Origin: an uncultured Holophagae bacterium
GTDB taxonomy: Bacteria; Acidobacteriota; Thermoanaerobaculia; Thermoanaerobaculales; Sulfomarinibacteraceae
Reading direction: 5' to 3'
DNA length: 64,000 nucleotides
Assembly: GCA_963710645.1 (NCBI GenBank)
Contig: CAVQBD010000009.1
Location: forward strand, 1,679,338-1,743,337
The notes under the pieces were generated by a model that was given only the letters and a program-made list of their open reading frames with translations, was not told the DNA's origin and searched no databases. Each line of letters starts with the position of its first letter. Positions within the stretch are counted from its first letter, which is position 1. This document shows, one piece after another, positions 1-9,336 of the stretch. A program made the position numbers and the translations under genes.

Positions 1-79
1 CAGAAGCTCAAGACCGTCGCGGAGGCTCTTTCAATCACAGGCAATTGAATTACTTGAATACCGAACGGAGCGATGAACG

Positions 80-2041
80 GTGATCGAAAAGACATTCACG
101 CCCTTGACGATTGGGCCTGTGGAACTTCCCAATAGATTGGCTTTGGCACCGGTCAAGACCGCCCTGGGAGGAATCGACGGCAGGGCTACAGCGGGGCACG
201 TCGAGTACTACCGGCGTCGCGCTGTGGGCGGGGCCGGGTTGATCATTGTCGAACCGCTGTACGTCGATAGCCTCGGCAAGGAGCATCCGCGTCAGCTCGG
301 CGCACACCTTGACGACGTTCATCACGGATTGCGGAAAGTTGTGGAGGCGATTCACTGTAGCGGTTCGGTCGCTTTTGCCCACCTCAATCACGCCGGTCGC
401 GCCGCCAATCCCAAGGCCATCGGAGGCGCGCCAGAGGCTCCGTCAGCCGTGGCCTGTCCGAGTACCGGCGCCAACCCAATTGCAATGACCCGGGATCGAA
501 TCGGGAAGGTCGTCGGCACCTATGCGCAGGCGGGTCGCCGGGTCGCCGCGGCCGGTTTTGACGGCGTCGAGCTGCAGCTCGGGCTTGGCTATCTTCCGGC
601 CCAGTTCCTGTCGCCAAAAACCAACCTCCGCGACGACGACTACCGGTGTGACCCGGAGCGAAGGTGGCGTTTCGTGGACGAGCTGGTGACGACCCTACGC
701 CAGACCCTAGGTGTCTTGATGGCGCTCACGGTTCGAATATCGGCGGACGAGAAGGTGGAGGGCGGGCTCGGACTTACCGACGCGATCGAGCTCGCCCGTC
801 GGGTGGAGGCTTGGGGCGTGGACGGCCTCCACGTGGTCAGCGGCTCGGCCTGCGACAGCCCGCCCTGGTACTACCAGCACATGGCGCTCCCCGGCGGGGT
901 CAACGAGATGCTGGCGGCGACGATCCGATCCGAGGTCACGATACCGGTCCTCGTGGCCGGGCGACTGGGTTACCCGGAGCGAATCCGACAGGTTCTAAAC
1001 GAAGGCATGGCGGACGTCGTGGCCCTGGGGCGCCCACTGGTGGCCGATCCGGACTTCCCGCGCAAGATGGCGCTCGGCCGGGAGGACGAGATCATGGCGT
1101 GCGGATCGTGCCTCCAGGGTTGCCTCGCGCAGGTGAAGGGAGGTGGGCCCATCAGCTGCCTCATCAACCCTGAGGTGGGCAAGGAGGGCTCCCCACCGCC
1201 GGCCGCGACCGGCCACGGCGAGCGGCTGGTCGTCGTGGGTGGCGGTCCCGCCGGAATGCAGGCGGCGCTTACCGGCGGGCGTCGAGGATGGGCCGTGACT
1301 CTCCTCGAACGTCAGCCGGAGTTGGGCGGCCTGTTCGCCCTCGCGCCGGCCACGCCGGGCAAGGAGGCGATGGACCGGCCGCTTCAGTCCATGGTGAGGG
1401 CGGTGAAGCGCTCCGATATCGACGTTCGCACCGGTTTCGAGGCCACGGTGGACTCTATCCTGGACCTCGAGCCGGAACACGTGATCGTGGCAACCGGCTC
1501 GCTGCCGGTCATCCCGCCGATCCCGGGTCTGAACGACCCGCTGACCGCGGCCGATGTTCTGACCGGCCGCCGATTGCCGGGTCCGCGCGTTCTGATCCTC
1601 GGTGGCGGCCTGGTCGGCATCGAAATGGCGGAGAAGCTGGCCGTTCAGGGTCACGAGGTCGTGGTTGTCGAACTGCTCGCCGACATCGCGCGCGACATGG
1701 AGGCGATCACCCGCAAGATGACGCTTCGTCGTCTCCAGGAGCTGCCGATCCGTGTTCATTCATCCACCCGTCTGACCCGCCTCGAGGACGGTGAGGCGTT
1801 TGCGTTGATCGAGGGCTCTGAGGGCGAGCGGTCCTTGGGGGTGTTCGACTCGGTCCTGGTGGCAGTGGGTCACGACTCCCACGACCCGCTCTCCCGGGCT
1901 CTCGAAGATGCCGGCGTTCCGGTCAGCGTGATCGGTGACGCGTCGCGACCGGGACAGATCCTGGACGCGACCGGGGGCGGTTATGCCGCGGTTGCTGATC
2001 AAATGCGGCTCGCGCCGAGCTTGGAGGGAGTGACCCCATGA
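80..2041 (+). CDS. Old-yellow-enzyme family NADH:flavin oxidoreductase fused to an FAD/NAD(P) pyridine-nucleotide domain (2,4-dienoyl-CoA reductase FadH-like)
   Basis: 653-aa ORF with a GTG start. N-terminal OYE TIM-barrel pattern (PLTIGPVELPNRLALAPV), a central Cys cluster (CGSCLQGC), then two dinucleotide folds (VVVGGGPAGMQAA and VLILGGGLVGIEMA). Its stop overlaps the next start (ATGA). Confidence 0.85.
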   Translation: MIEKTFTPLTIGPVELPNRLALAPVKTALGGIDGRATAGHVEYYRRRAVGGAGLIIVEPLYVDSLGKEHPRQLGAHLDDVHHGLRKVVEAIHCSGSVAFAHLNHAGRAANPKAIGGAPEAPSAVACPSTGANPIAMTRDRIGKVVGTYAQAGRRVAAAGFDGVELQLGLGYLPAQFLSPKTNLRDDDYRCDPERRWRFVDELVTTLRQTLGVLMALTVRISADEKVEGGLGLTDAIELARRVEAWGVDGLHVVSGSACDSPPWYYQHMALPGGVNEMLAATIRSEVTIPVLVAGRLGYPERIRQVLNEGMADVVALGRPLVADPDFPRKMALGREDEIMACGSCLQGCLAQVKGGGPISCLINPEVGKEGSPPPAATGHGERLVVVGGGPAGMQAALTGGRRGWAVTLLERQPELGGLFALAPATPGKEAMDRPLQSMVRAVKRSDIDVRTGFEATVDSILDLEPEHVIVATGSLPVIPPIPGLNDPLTAADVLTGRRLPGPRVLILGGGLVGIEMAEKLAVQGHEVVVVELLADIARDMEAITRKMTLRRLQELPIRVHSSTRLTRLEDGEAFALIEGSEGERSLGVFDSVLVAVGHDSHDPLSRALEDAGVPVSVIGDASRPGQILDATGGGYAAVADQMRLAPSLEGVTP

Positions 2042-2469
2042 GATATATCGTCGCAACCGATGGTTCTCGATCCAGCCTCAAGGCCGCCGACTTCCTGGTG
2101 AGACAGTCCTGCCCCGGGCTGGAAGACGAGATCTTCGTCATCTACGTCTTCCCGCTCCCCTCCGATTCGGAGTGCTACGAGGGCGTGGTGTCCCTGCCCA
2201 CCGACGCCGGCGACGATCGCATCGCCAAGGTCGCGCGACCGATCTTCGAAAAGACATTGGAGGCCCTGGACGGATTGGAGAGCCGGGTCCATGAGGTGAT
2301 TTTGATTGGAAATCCGGCCATGGAAATTGTCGAGTTCGCCATGAACCTCAGGGTGGATCTCATCGTCGCCGGGACCCGGGGACGGTCACCCGTGCAGGAG
2401 CTCTATCTCGGCAGTGTCTCCAGCGCACTGACCCATCGTGCGCCGTGTTCGGTTCTCATCGTCCGGTGA
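2038..2469 (+). CDS. Universal stress protein (UspA family)
   Basis: 143 aa. N-terminus MRYIVATDGS. C-terminal ATP-binding block DLIVAGTRGRSPVQELYLGSVSSALTHRAPCSVLIVR, typical of UspA. Translationally coupled to the upstream gene. Confidence 0.85.
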   Translation: MRYIVATDGSRSSLKAADFLVRQSCPGLEDEIFVIYVFPLPSDSECYEGVVSLPTDAGDDRIAKVARPIFEKTLEALDGLESRVHEVILIGNPAMEIVEFAMNLRVDLIVAGTRGRSPVQELYLGSVSSALTHRAPCSVLIVR

Positions 2470-2564
2470 CTCCACCCGGCGTGGGACCCGCTGCTTGTCG
2501 TGGCGAAAGGCCCGCCAGGAAGATCCCGGCTCGAGAATCCGCCCGGCGGAACAGGAGGGACGAC

Positions 2565-2885
2565 ATGGAAGCTCGCGAGGTGATCGACCAGATTGAAAGA
2601 CAGGCCATCATCGCCCTCGATGCCGAGGATCTGCCGATGCTTATCGAGGCGTCCGACACCATCCGGGCGGACGACACCTGCGTCGCGGGTTGGATCCGGA
2701 TCCTGTCGCTCGGAGGTTACATTCTCGTCCAGGAGCAGACCCCGGAGAGCGAGGTGCTCGTTCGGAGACTGAGTTCGAGGGACTCTGCGGAGGAGTTCAT
2801 CGAGCATCGCCTGGCTTCGTACGAGCGCATGTGGGACGGATGCGGCTGCACGATCGACTACCGACAGCCGCCCGCGGACTCCTGA
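2565..2885 (+). CDS. Hypothetical small protein (106 aa) with a C-terminal CGC motif
   Basis: ATG 2565 is preceded by AGGAGG about 6 nt upstream. GC3-rich codons. No family recognised. C-terminus RMWDGCGCTIDYRQPPADS. The 146-aa track ORF starting at 2445 looks like an upstream over-extension. Confidence 0.5.
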   Translation: MEAREVIDQIERQAIIALDAEDLPMLIEASDTIRADDTCVAGWIRILSLGGYILVQEQTPESEVLVRRLSSRDSAEEFIEHRLASYERMWDGCGCTIDYRQPPADS

Positions 2886-2941
2886 CCAGTGGTTGGTCCG
2901 CTGGTCGGTGGCGCTCTGTTCTCGGTCGGGGGCCGAGGCGG

Positions 2942-3961
2942 ATGAGTTCCGGCATGAACCCGCCGTTCACCTTCGGACCGGTACCTTCCCGTCGGCTCGG
3001 CCAGAGTCTTGGCGTGAACAACATCCCGCCCAAACACTGCTCGTATGCCTGCGTGTACTGCCAGCTTGGCCGTACGCCCAACATGACGGTGGAGCGGCGG
3101 ACCTTCTGCCAACCCAAGGCTATCGCGGACGCCGTAAAACGTCGTCTTGACGAGTGTGGTCGCGCCGGCACGGCGGTCGATTATCTGACGCTGGTGCCCG
3201 ACGGAGAGCCGACTCTGGACGTGAATCTCGGGCGGTTGCTGACAAAGCTGCACGGGCTCGGGCCACCCTTAGCGGTCATCACGAACGGATCGCTCATGGA
3301 CCGCGAAGACGTGCGCTCCGAGCTTGCCATCGCCGACTGGGTATCGGTCAAGGTCGATGCGGTCGACACCAAAACCTGGCGTCTGGTGGACCGCCCGCAC
3401 GGGCAACTGCGGCTTGAGGACATCCTCGAGGGTCTGCAGGTCTTCTCTCGGGCCTTCCGAAGCACGCTGGTCACGGAGACCATGTTGGTGGCGGAGGTCA
3501 ACGATAGCGAGGCAGCGCTCGATGCTCTCGCCAAGTCTGTTTCAGGCTTTGCGCCGGCGGTTTCCTATCTTGCGGTTCCTACTCGGCCTCCGGCGAAGTC
3601 GTCGGTCCGGCCCCCAAGAACCGACGTCCTGGTTCGCGCATTCGAGGCGTTCTCCCGTCTGCTGCCGAGGGTCGAACTGCTGGTCGGCGAACCCCTCGAA
3701 GCTGTTGCACCGAGCAGCGACGTGGAGCGGGACCTGCTGGCCATCACTGCCGTTCACCCCCTTGACGAAGGTGCGGTTGTCGAGCTCGGGGGAGGCTCAC
3801 GTCAGGCGCTCGAGGTCGCTGAAGACTTGACGGCGCGCGGACAGCTTGAAGAAGTTTTGTACCGCGGGCGTCGTTTCTTCGTGCGCTCGTTCGCCCGGCA
3901 GCGGGATCAACTGGCTGGATATACGCCCCGCCGCGGCAGCAGGGTGACTTCATCGCGCTGA
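2942..3961 (+). CDS. Radical SAM protein
   Basis: CxxxCxxC cluster CSYACVYCQ follows FGPVPSRRLGQSLGVNNIPPKH. Start taken at ATG 2942; the track ORF from 2690 over-extends. No second SPASM-type Cys cluster seen in the C-terminal half. Confidence 0.8.
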   Translation: MSSGMNPPFTFGPVPSRRLGQSLGVNNIPPKHCSYACVYCQLGRTPNMTVERRTFCQPKAIADAVKRRLDECGRAGTAVDYLTLVPDGEPTLDVNLGRLLTKLHGLGPPLAVITNGSLMDREDVRSELAIADWVSVKVDAVDTKTWRLVDRPHGQLRLEDILEGLQVFSRAFRSTLVTETMLVAEVNDSEAALDALAKSVSGFAPAVSYLAVPTRPPAKSSVRPPRTDVLVRAFEAFSRLLPRVELLVGEPLEAVAPSSDVERDLLAITAVHPLDEGAVVELGGGSRQALEVAEDLTARGQLEEVLYRGRRFFVRSFARQRDQLAGYTPRRGSRVTSSR

Positions 3962-4008
3962 GCGGAGGGTGAGCGAAACCGCGAAAACGCCAGGGAAGGA
4001 GGCTCTCC

Positions 4009-4548
4009 ATGTGTGAGCTCTTCGCCATGTCGAGCTCCCATCCTGCGACCGTGACCTAATCGATGCGGGAGTTCGCCCGACATGGCGGCCTGACCGCGGA
4101 TCACGCGGACGGCTGGGGGCTGGCCTACGTGGAGGGTCGGGACGTCAAAGTCTCCCGGGATACCGATGCCGCCGCCGACAGCCCGTATCTCCGGTTGGTC
4201 TCTGGTCTGGAGTTACGGAGCGAGATCGTGCTCTCCCGCATTCGTAGGGCGACCCAGGGCGTGGTCGCTCTGCGGAACACATAGCCCCTTGCCCGCGAGT
4301 TGGGCGGTAGGATTCACCTGTTCGCGCACAACGGCGACCTCGCGGGTATTGACCGGAGGCCCCGGCTGCGGCTCGGCCGGCAACTGCCGATCGGCGAAAC
4401 CGACTCCGAGTGGGCCTTCTGTGTCCTGCTCCATCGTCTGAGTTCAGTGTGGTTGGAGTCGAGGGTCGCACCCGGCCTCGGGCTCCGTCGCCGGATCGTT
4501 GCTGAATTCGCGGCGGACATTCGCGGGCTGGGGTCGGCGGGTGAATGA
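4009..4548 (+). pseudogene. Class-II (Ntn, YafJ-like) glutamine amidotransferase remnant with two in-frame stops and a 3' truncation
   Basis: A single reading frame carries MCELFAMSSSHPATVT, TAA (4057..4059), SMREFARHGG..DGWGLAY..RRATQGVVALRNT, TAG (4282..4284), then PLARELGGRIHLFAHNGDL..GETDSEWAFC. The Cys2 nucleophile and the HNG and GETDSE blocks match YafJ-type amidotransferases. It ends at TGA 4548, roughly 90-100 codons short of the family length. Confidence 0.7.
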
Positions 4549-4597
4549 CTCTTTGTGATATTATTTTGAGAACGACAATCAATATCAGGGAGAAGCC

Positions 4598-7324
4598 ATG
4601 ACCATTCATCCTTGGCGGCGTTACGTTGTTCCACGAACCGTCTGCCTTATCTTCGGCGTGATGGCTGTGGTGTCGCCACGTTTGGCCAAGGCCGGGAACC
4701 CCCTGTTCGAGGACGGCTTCGACGGCGGCTCCGCGTGTACCTGGTCGGCCATGAGCCCCGCCGGGGGCTGCCCTCCCCGGTTCGCTGGGATCACCCTGGC
4801 CGCCGCAACCGGCCGCGAGCAGATCACCCTCGGTTGGCTGCCGGCGGTGGATGACGTGACGCCCCCCGAAGATGTGCTCTACCGTATCTTTCTTGGGGAC
4901 TGCAGTGGCCCGGGCTCAGAGATTGGGACCGTTGACGGCGGAACAGGGATCGTGATCGACGGGCTCGAGGCCGACACGACCTACTGCGCCCGGGTGGTGG
5001 CGGAGGACCAGGACGGGCAGGGCTCCAGCGGCCCGTCCAACGGTTCGCAGTGGGGCCTGCCGATCAAAACGCTCACCCTCGACCAGGTGGCCAGCGCAGT
5101 TCCCTTGGAGACGGCAGAGAGTCTGTACCTCGGACCGGCCACAGCGACCCCGACGTCCCTCACCTTTCAGCGGGGGCCGAATGCTGTCGAACCGACGGTG
5201 GGAGCGGTTCTGATGGGCGAGCTTGATGGGGAGGGTGGTTACATTCGACAGGTAGAGAGTGTTTCGTCGACCCCCGATGAGATCGTTGTCCAGACCTCGG
5301 CCGCTTCTATCGAGTTGGCCATGGACCAGTTCGAGTTGAGCACCAGCTCGTGGGTGTCGCCGATCGATGAAAACCAGGAAGCGGCTCAAGAAGCTCTGCG
5401 AATCGCTCTCGGCACCACGCCCGGTTTGCCACGTCCGCGGCCAATTGTTGAAACGACCACCGAGCGATTCAGTGGACAAGTCGGTGGGTTCGAGGTGATC
5501 CCACTGAAGGATCCGCGTTCTTACCGGTTGGTTTCAATCGACCCGGCCAACGCTGATGAGGCGATCGAGATTGGCGAAGAACTGACCCTCGACTTGAACC
5601 TCGACTTCACACCGGAGTTCAGAACGAATGCCCTGTGGAGTCCCGGTGGAGTCAAAGAAGCGGAGGTCATCGGCATTGGAACGCTCACCCTTTCGGCGCT
5701 GGCCGAATACCACTTCGAGGCCGCGGCGACCTACGAACCCGACCCATTCACACTCTTCAGCTCCTCTTGGCGGTCGGTCTACGTGGTTGGGAGTGTTCCG
5801 GTGTACCAGAAGATCACCTTTTCGCTCGAGGCGGTGGTCACCGCGTCGGCGAGTGCCGAGATCACGGCCTCGGCAGAAGCCACCGCCACCGCCACCCTCG
5901 AGGTCGGAGTACGGTATGACGAGAACACGGGGTGGAACACCGTGTTGGACCAGTCCTTCGGGACCGACCTCATTGCTGATCTGAGCGTGGTGGGCGGTGT
6001 CCAGGCCGAGGTCAGGCTCGTCCCCAAGGTGACGGTGGAATTCTACGAGGCGGTCGCAGCGTGGATCTCGGTGGAGCCGTCGGTGAGCACCGAGCTGATG
6101 GCTGAGGGTACGACCGTCGCTCCCTGCCTCCCCCTTGAGTTGACCCAATTCGACGCCGATCTCGAGGTGGAGGCCAAGGTCGGGGTGGACTTCACGCTGA
6201 TTGGTGATTACAGCCTCTTCGAGGCCACGGTCTGGGACCCGGAGCCCTGGGTGTTGTTCAGCCTTCCCGGGGCCTCCATCAGCTCGACCGGGACAGCCCC
6301 GGTCAATCTGCAGGCAGACATCACCGATGGGGTGAACAACCCCTTCGACCTCGGCTCGGCCCAGTGGTGGACCGGCGACAGCGGAGTGGTGCTGACGGCC
6401 GACCCGTCAGATCCCAGGATCGCGACCCTCTCCTGTACGGAAAACGGCGCCTACAACGTGGTCTTCTCCGGCCACGGGGTGCTCGGACCGATTGCCCGCC
6501 GTTGCACCGAACGGACCGTGGTCTGCACCACCGGTGCGGGCGGCGGCGACATCACGATCAACCTGGCCGACGGTTTGACCATGGACCTTGTCTACATCCC
6601 GCCAGGGACATTCATGATGGGTTCACCACCAGATGAGTTGGGCAGGGACTCCGACGAGGAGCTCCATCAGGTGACCTTGACCCAGGGCTATTACTTGGGA
6701 ACGACGGAGGTGACCCAAGCCCAGTGGGAAGCCGTGACCGGATCGCCGATTCCGACCGGCGGCATCTGTGGCACTTCCAGCTACGGACCCGACTACCCGG
6801 CCCACTGTGTGTCGTGGGATCAGATCGCGGGGCCCGGCGGGTTCATGGATCTGCTCAACCAGCACCTGGCGGACACCGGCCAGCCCGGAGCCGGCCTGAT
6901 GCGTCTTCCCACCGAGGCCGAGTGGGAACGGGCGGCACGAGCTGGAACTGAGACGCGGTTCAGCCACGGCGACGTGCTCGAGTGCAACGACTTCAACTGC
7001 AGCGAATGCACGGCGCACGACCTCTTCATGTGGTGGTGCGGCAACGCCAACACTAGCCAGCAGGTGGGTGAGAGGCAGCCCAATGCGTTCGGCCTGTATG
7101 ACATGCACGGCAATCTGTGGGAGTGGGTCCAGGACTGGGCCGGTCTGTACGGTCCCGACCCGCAGGTCGATCCGATCGGCCCGGGAACCGGGCTTCACAA
7201 GTCCACACGCGGGGGGGCACACTACGTCTACCCTCGCTATGCTCGGTCGGCATCCAGGTCGAGTCAGTCGCCTCAGGCCACAGGTGACTATTCGGTTGGT
7301 TTCCGCATCGCGAGGACCGAGTAA
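4598..7324 (+). CDS. Secreted multidomain protein: FN3-like domain, about 450 aa of unassigned beta-rich region, and a C-terminal FGE/SUMF1-fold domain
   Basis: 908 aa. SD AGGGAGAA. Signal peptide (LIFGVMAVVSPRLAKA). The C-terminal 270 aa carry FGE-sulfatase family blocks (MDLVYIPPGTFMMGSP, HQVTLTQGYYLGTTEVTQAQW, LPTEAEWERAARAG, PNAFGLYDMHGNLWEWVQDW, RGGA..VGFRIAR). Confidence 0.85.
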   Translation: MTIHPWRRYVVPRTVCLIFGVMAVVSPRLAKAGNPLFEDGFDGGSACTWSAMSPAGGCPPRFAGITLAAATGREQITLGWLPAVDDVTPPEDVLYRIFLGDCSGPGSEIGTVDGGTGIVIDGLEADTTYCARVVAEDQDGQGSSGPSNGSQWGLPIKTLTLDQVASAVPLETAESLYLGPATATPTSLTFQRGPNAVEPTVGAVLMGELDGEGGYIRQVESVSSTPDEIVVQTSAASIELAMDQFELSTSSWVSPIDENQEAAQEALRIALGTTPGLPRPRPIVETTTERFSGQVGGFEVIPLKDPRSYRLVSIDPANADEAIEIGEELTLDLNLDFTPEFRTNALWSPGGVKEAEVIGIGTLTLSALAEYHFEAAATYEPDPFTLFSSSWRSVYVVGSVPVYQKITFSLEAVVTASASAEITASAEATATATLEVGVRYDENTGWNTVLDQSFGTDLIADLSVVGGVQAEVRLVPKVTVEFYEAVAAWISVEPSVSTELMAEGTTVAPCLPLELTQFDADLEVEAKVGVDFTLIGDYSLFEATVWDPEPWVLFSLPGASISSTGTAPVNLQADITDGVNNPFDLGSAQWWTGDSGVVLTADPSDPRIATLSCTENGAYNVVFSGHGVLGPIARRCTERTVVCTTGAGGGDITINLADGLTMDLVYIPPGTFMMGSPPDELGRDSDEELHQVTLTQGYYLGTTEVTQAQWEAVTGSPIPTGGICGTSSYGPDYPAHCVSWDQIAGPGGFMDLLNQHLADTGQPGAGLMRLPTEAEWERAARAGTETRFSHGDVLECNDFNCSECTAHDLFMWWCGNANTSQQVGERQPNAFGLYDMHGNLWEWVQDWAGLYGPDPQVDPIGPGTGLHKSTRGGAHYVYPRYARSASRSSQSPQATGDYSVGFRIARTE

Positions 7325-7363
7325 ACTCGGCAGGGAAATCCGATTCGTCCACAGGAGGAGCGA

Positions 7364-7726
7364 ATGAGCAAGGCTGCGCGAAGCGTCTGGGTGTTTTCGA
7401 TCTATCTCTTCGTCCTCGGGTTCGTGCTGGTGGTGGTGCCCAACACCCTGCTGTCGCTCTTCGGCTTGGCTGAGACTACCGACGTATGGGTGCGGGTCGT
7501 GGGGATGTTGGTAGTGATTCTCGGCTACTACTATATGACCGCGGCCTCGAGCGAGTCCACCGCCGTCATTCGGGCGACCGTGGTGGGCCGGTGCGCCGTC
7601 CTGGTGTTCTTTGTCGCCTTTGTGCTGCTCGAGTTCGCGCCGCCCATTCTCACCCTGTTCGGAGTCATCGATGCCGCTGCGGCGGCCTGGACCGGCTTCG
7701 CCCTGAGGGCCGCCCGCGCGGCCTGA
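7364..7726 (+). CDS. Small integral membrane protein (about 4 TM), function unknown
   Basis: 120 aa. SD AGGAGGAG 5 nt upstream of the ATG. Four hydrophobic stretches. No family recognised. Confidence 0.6.
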   Translation: MSKAARSVWVFSIYLFVLGFVLVVVPNTLLSLFGLAETTDVWVRVVGMLVVILGYYYMTAASSESTAVIRATVVGRCAVLVFFVAFVLLEFAPPILTLFGVIDAAAAAWTGFALRAARAA

Positions 7727-7809
7727 TCGGCGGTTGCTCGTCGGCTAGTGGGCAGAGGACCCGCTGCCGCAACCTCACCGGGATGCAGGGCGACGGAGGC
7801 CCATGTATC

Positions 7810-9312
7810 ATGCAGCCGGCGCGTATGCCGCCTGGATGGTTGAAGATGGCACCCGACACCGAGACATTTCCTGACTTCATGGAATGGCAGGACCTGGACT
7901 CTCTGGTGGGCTCGATCAGGACCCGGTCGCTGGTGGCCCGTCCGACCACCATCGAGGAGTGCCGCGAGGCGCTGGACTACTGTCGGCAGCACAGTCTGAC
8001 CGTCTGTGCCCGCGGCGCCGGGCGCGGCTACGGTGATCTCGCGCTGAACGACGGTCAGGCGTTGCTCGACATGAGCACCATGAACAAGATCATCGGCTAC
8101 GACGAGGAAACGCAGCAGATCACCGTAGAAGCGGGTGCACGGTTGGTTGATATCTTTCAGTTGGTCCACCACCATCTGCTCACGCTGCCCGGCGTTCCAA
8201 CCGAGTCCCACTCCTCAGTCGCCGGCGCCATCAGCGCAAACGTCAACGGCAAGGACGGTTGGCGCTACGGCAATTTCTCCCACCAGGTCGTCAGCCTCAA
8301 GATGCTGCTGGCCAACGGAGAGGTGATCACCATCGACCGCGACCACAAACTTTTCCCTGCCGTCATCGGTGGCATCGGATTGCTCGGGATCGTGGTCGAG
8401 GTCACCCTCCAGCTGGTGCCGATCCCTTCGCCTTGGGTGGAGATCCACCGCATCCCGGCCGCCAATGTGGACGCACTGCTCGAAACCATGGAAGAGGTGA
8501 AGAAGACCCACGACGCGGCGGTGGTGTGGGTGGACGCCTATTCCAGTGGCCGGAAGATCGGGCGTTCGGTCATCCACGCTGCGAAGAGGATCGAACACCC
8601 GGACACCGAGGAGGAGCGCAAGAAGTACCTGGCGGCCGGTTTCAAGCGGCTCGACGATCACCGACGGATGGGTCTCGCACTGCACGAAAAACTGGGCCCG
8701 TTCCTGTCGCTCATGCTGGAGTTCCAGCGACCGCTGGTGAAGGTGTTCAACAAGCTCTACTACGCCATGGGAAGGGTGCTCTACAAAATGGGGCGGGACT
8801 CGAACACGGAGCTCTTCCTCAGGTTCAATTTTGAGGCCAGTTTCACCGTACCACCCGCCCATCTGGTCTGTGGGCCGCGCGGCTACACGGTCCAGCTCAA
8901 CTTCCCCGAGACCCGTGCCCGAGAGGCGATCGTCGAGCTGATCGGGATCTGTCAGACCTCTCCCAGCCCGCCTGTCACAACCATCCTGCGCGCCCACAAG
9001 GCGGACGAAGGCATGCTCTCCTTCTCCCAGGACGGCTACAGCCTCAACTTCGAATTCCACCCCAAGCCGCGCAACGAGGCCGCCAGCCGCGAGGCGGTGG
9101 ACCGGCTGATCGATGCCACGGTGAAGTACGGCGGCAAGATCCACCTCGCCAAGGACCAGGTGCTGCGACCCGAGCAGTTCATGAGGATCTACCCTCGATT
9201 CGTGGAACTCCTCGAGATCAAGAAACGCCTCGATCCGGAGGGACTCTTCACGTCAGACCTGGCCCGCCGCGTCGGCATCGATCCGTCGATCACCTCATCG
9301 GCCTGGGAGTAG
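7810..9312 (+). CDS. FAD-binding (PCMH / FAD_binding_4 type) oxidoreductase
   Basis: The FAD-binding block ARGAGRGYGDLALNDGQALLDMSTMNKIIGYDEETQQITVEAGARLVDI and the C-terminal YGGKIHLAKDQVL..RLDPEGLFTSDLARR are typical of FAD-linked oxidases. Start uncertain (ATG 7810, 7825 or 7846). The track ORF from 7486 overlaps the previous gene. Confidence 0.8.
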   Translation: MQPARMPPGWLKMAPDTETFPDFMEWQDLDSLVGSIRTRSLVARPTTIEECREALDYCRQHSLTVCARGAGRGYGDLALNDGQALLDMSTMNKIIGYDEETQQITVEAGARLVDIFQLVHHHLLTLPGVPTESHSSVAGAISANVNGKDGWRYGNFSHQVVSLKMLLANGEVITIDRDHKLFPAVIGGIGLLGIVVEVTLQLVPIPSPWVEIHRIPAANVDALLETMEEVKKTHDAAVVWVDAYSSGRKIGRSVIHAAKRIEHPDTEEERKKYLAAGFKRLDDHRRMGLALHEKLGPFLSLMLEFQRPLVKVFNKLYYAMGRVLYKMGRDSNTELFLRFNFEASFTVPPAHLVCGPRGYTVQLNFPETRAREAIVELIGICQTSPSPPVTTILRAHKADEGMLSFSQDGYSLNFEFHPKPRNEAASREAVDRLIDATVKYGGKIHLAKDQVLRPEQFMRIYPRFVELLEIKKRLDPEGLFTSDLARRVGIDPSITSSAWE

Positions 9313-9336
9313 GTCCCACCGCCCACCCGGATCCCC

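Noticed and set aside
729-745. tRNA-like T-loop strings (GGTTCGAAT near 735; TTCGAATCC near 16966).
   Set aside because: The first lies inside a well-supported coding region and the second sits at a gene start region. Neither has flanking sequence that folds into acceptor and anticodon arms. No tRNA, rRNA or tmRNA was found in the window.
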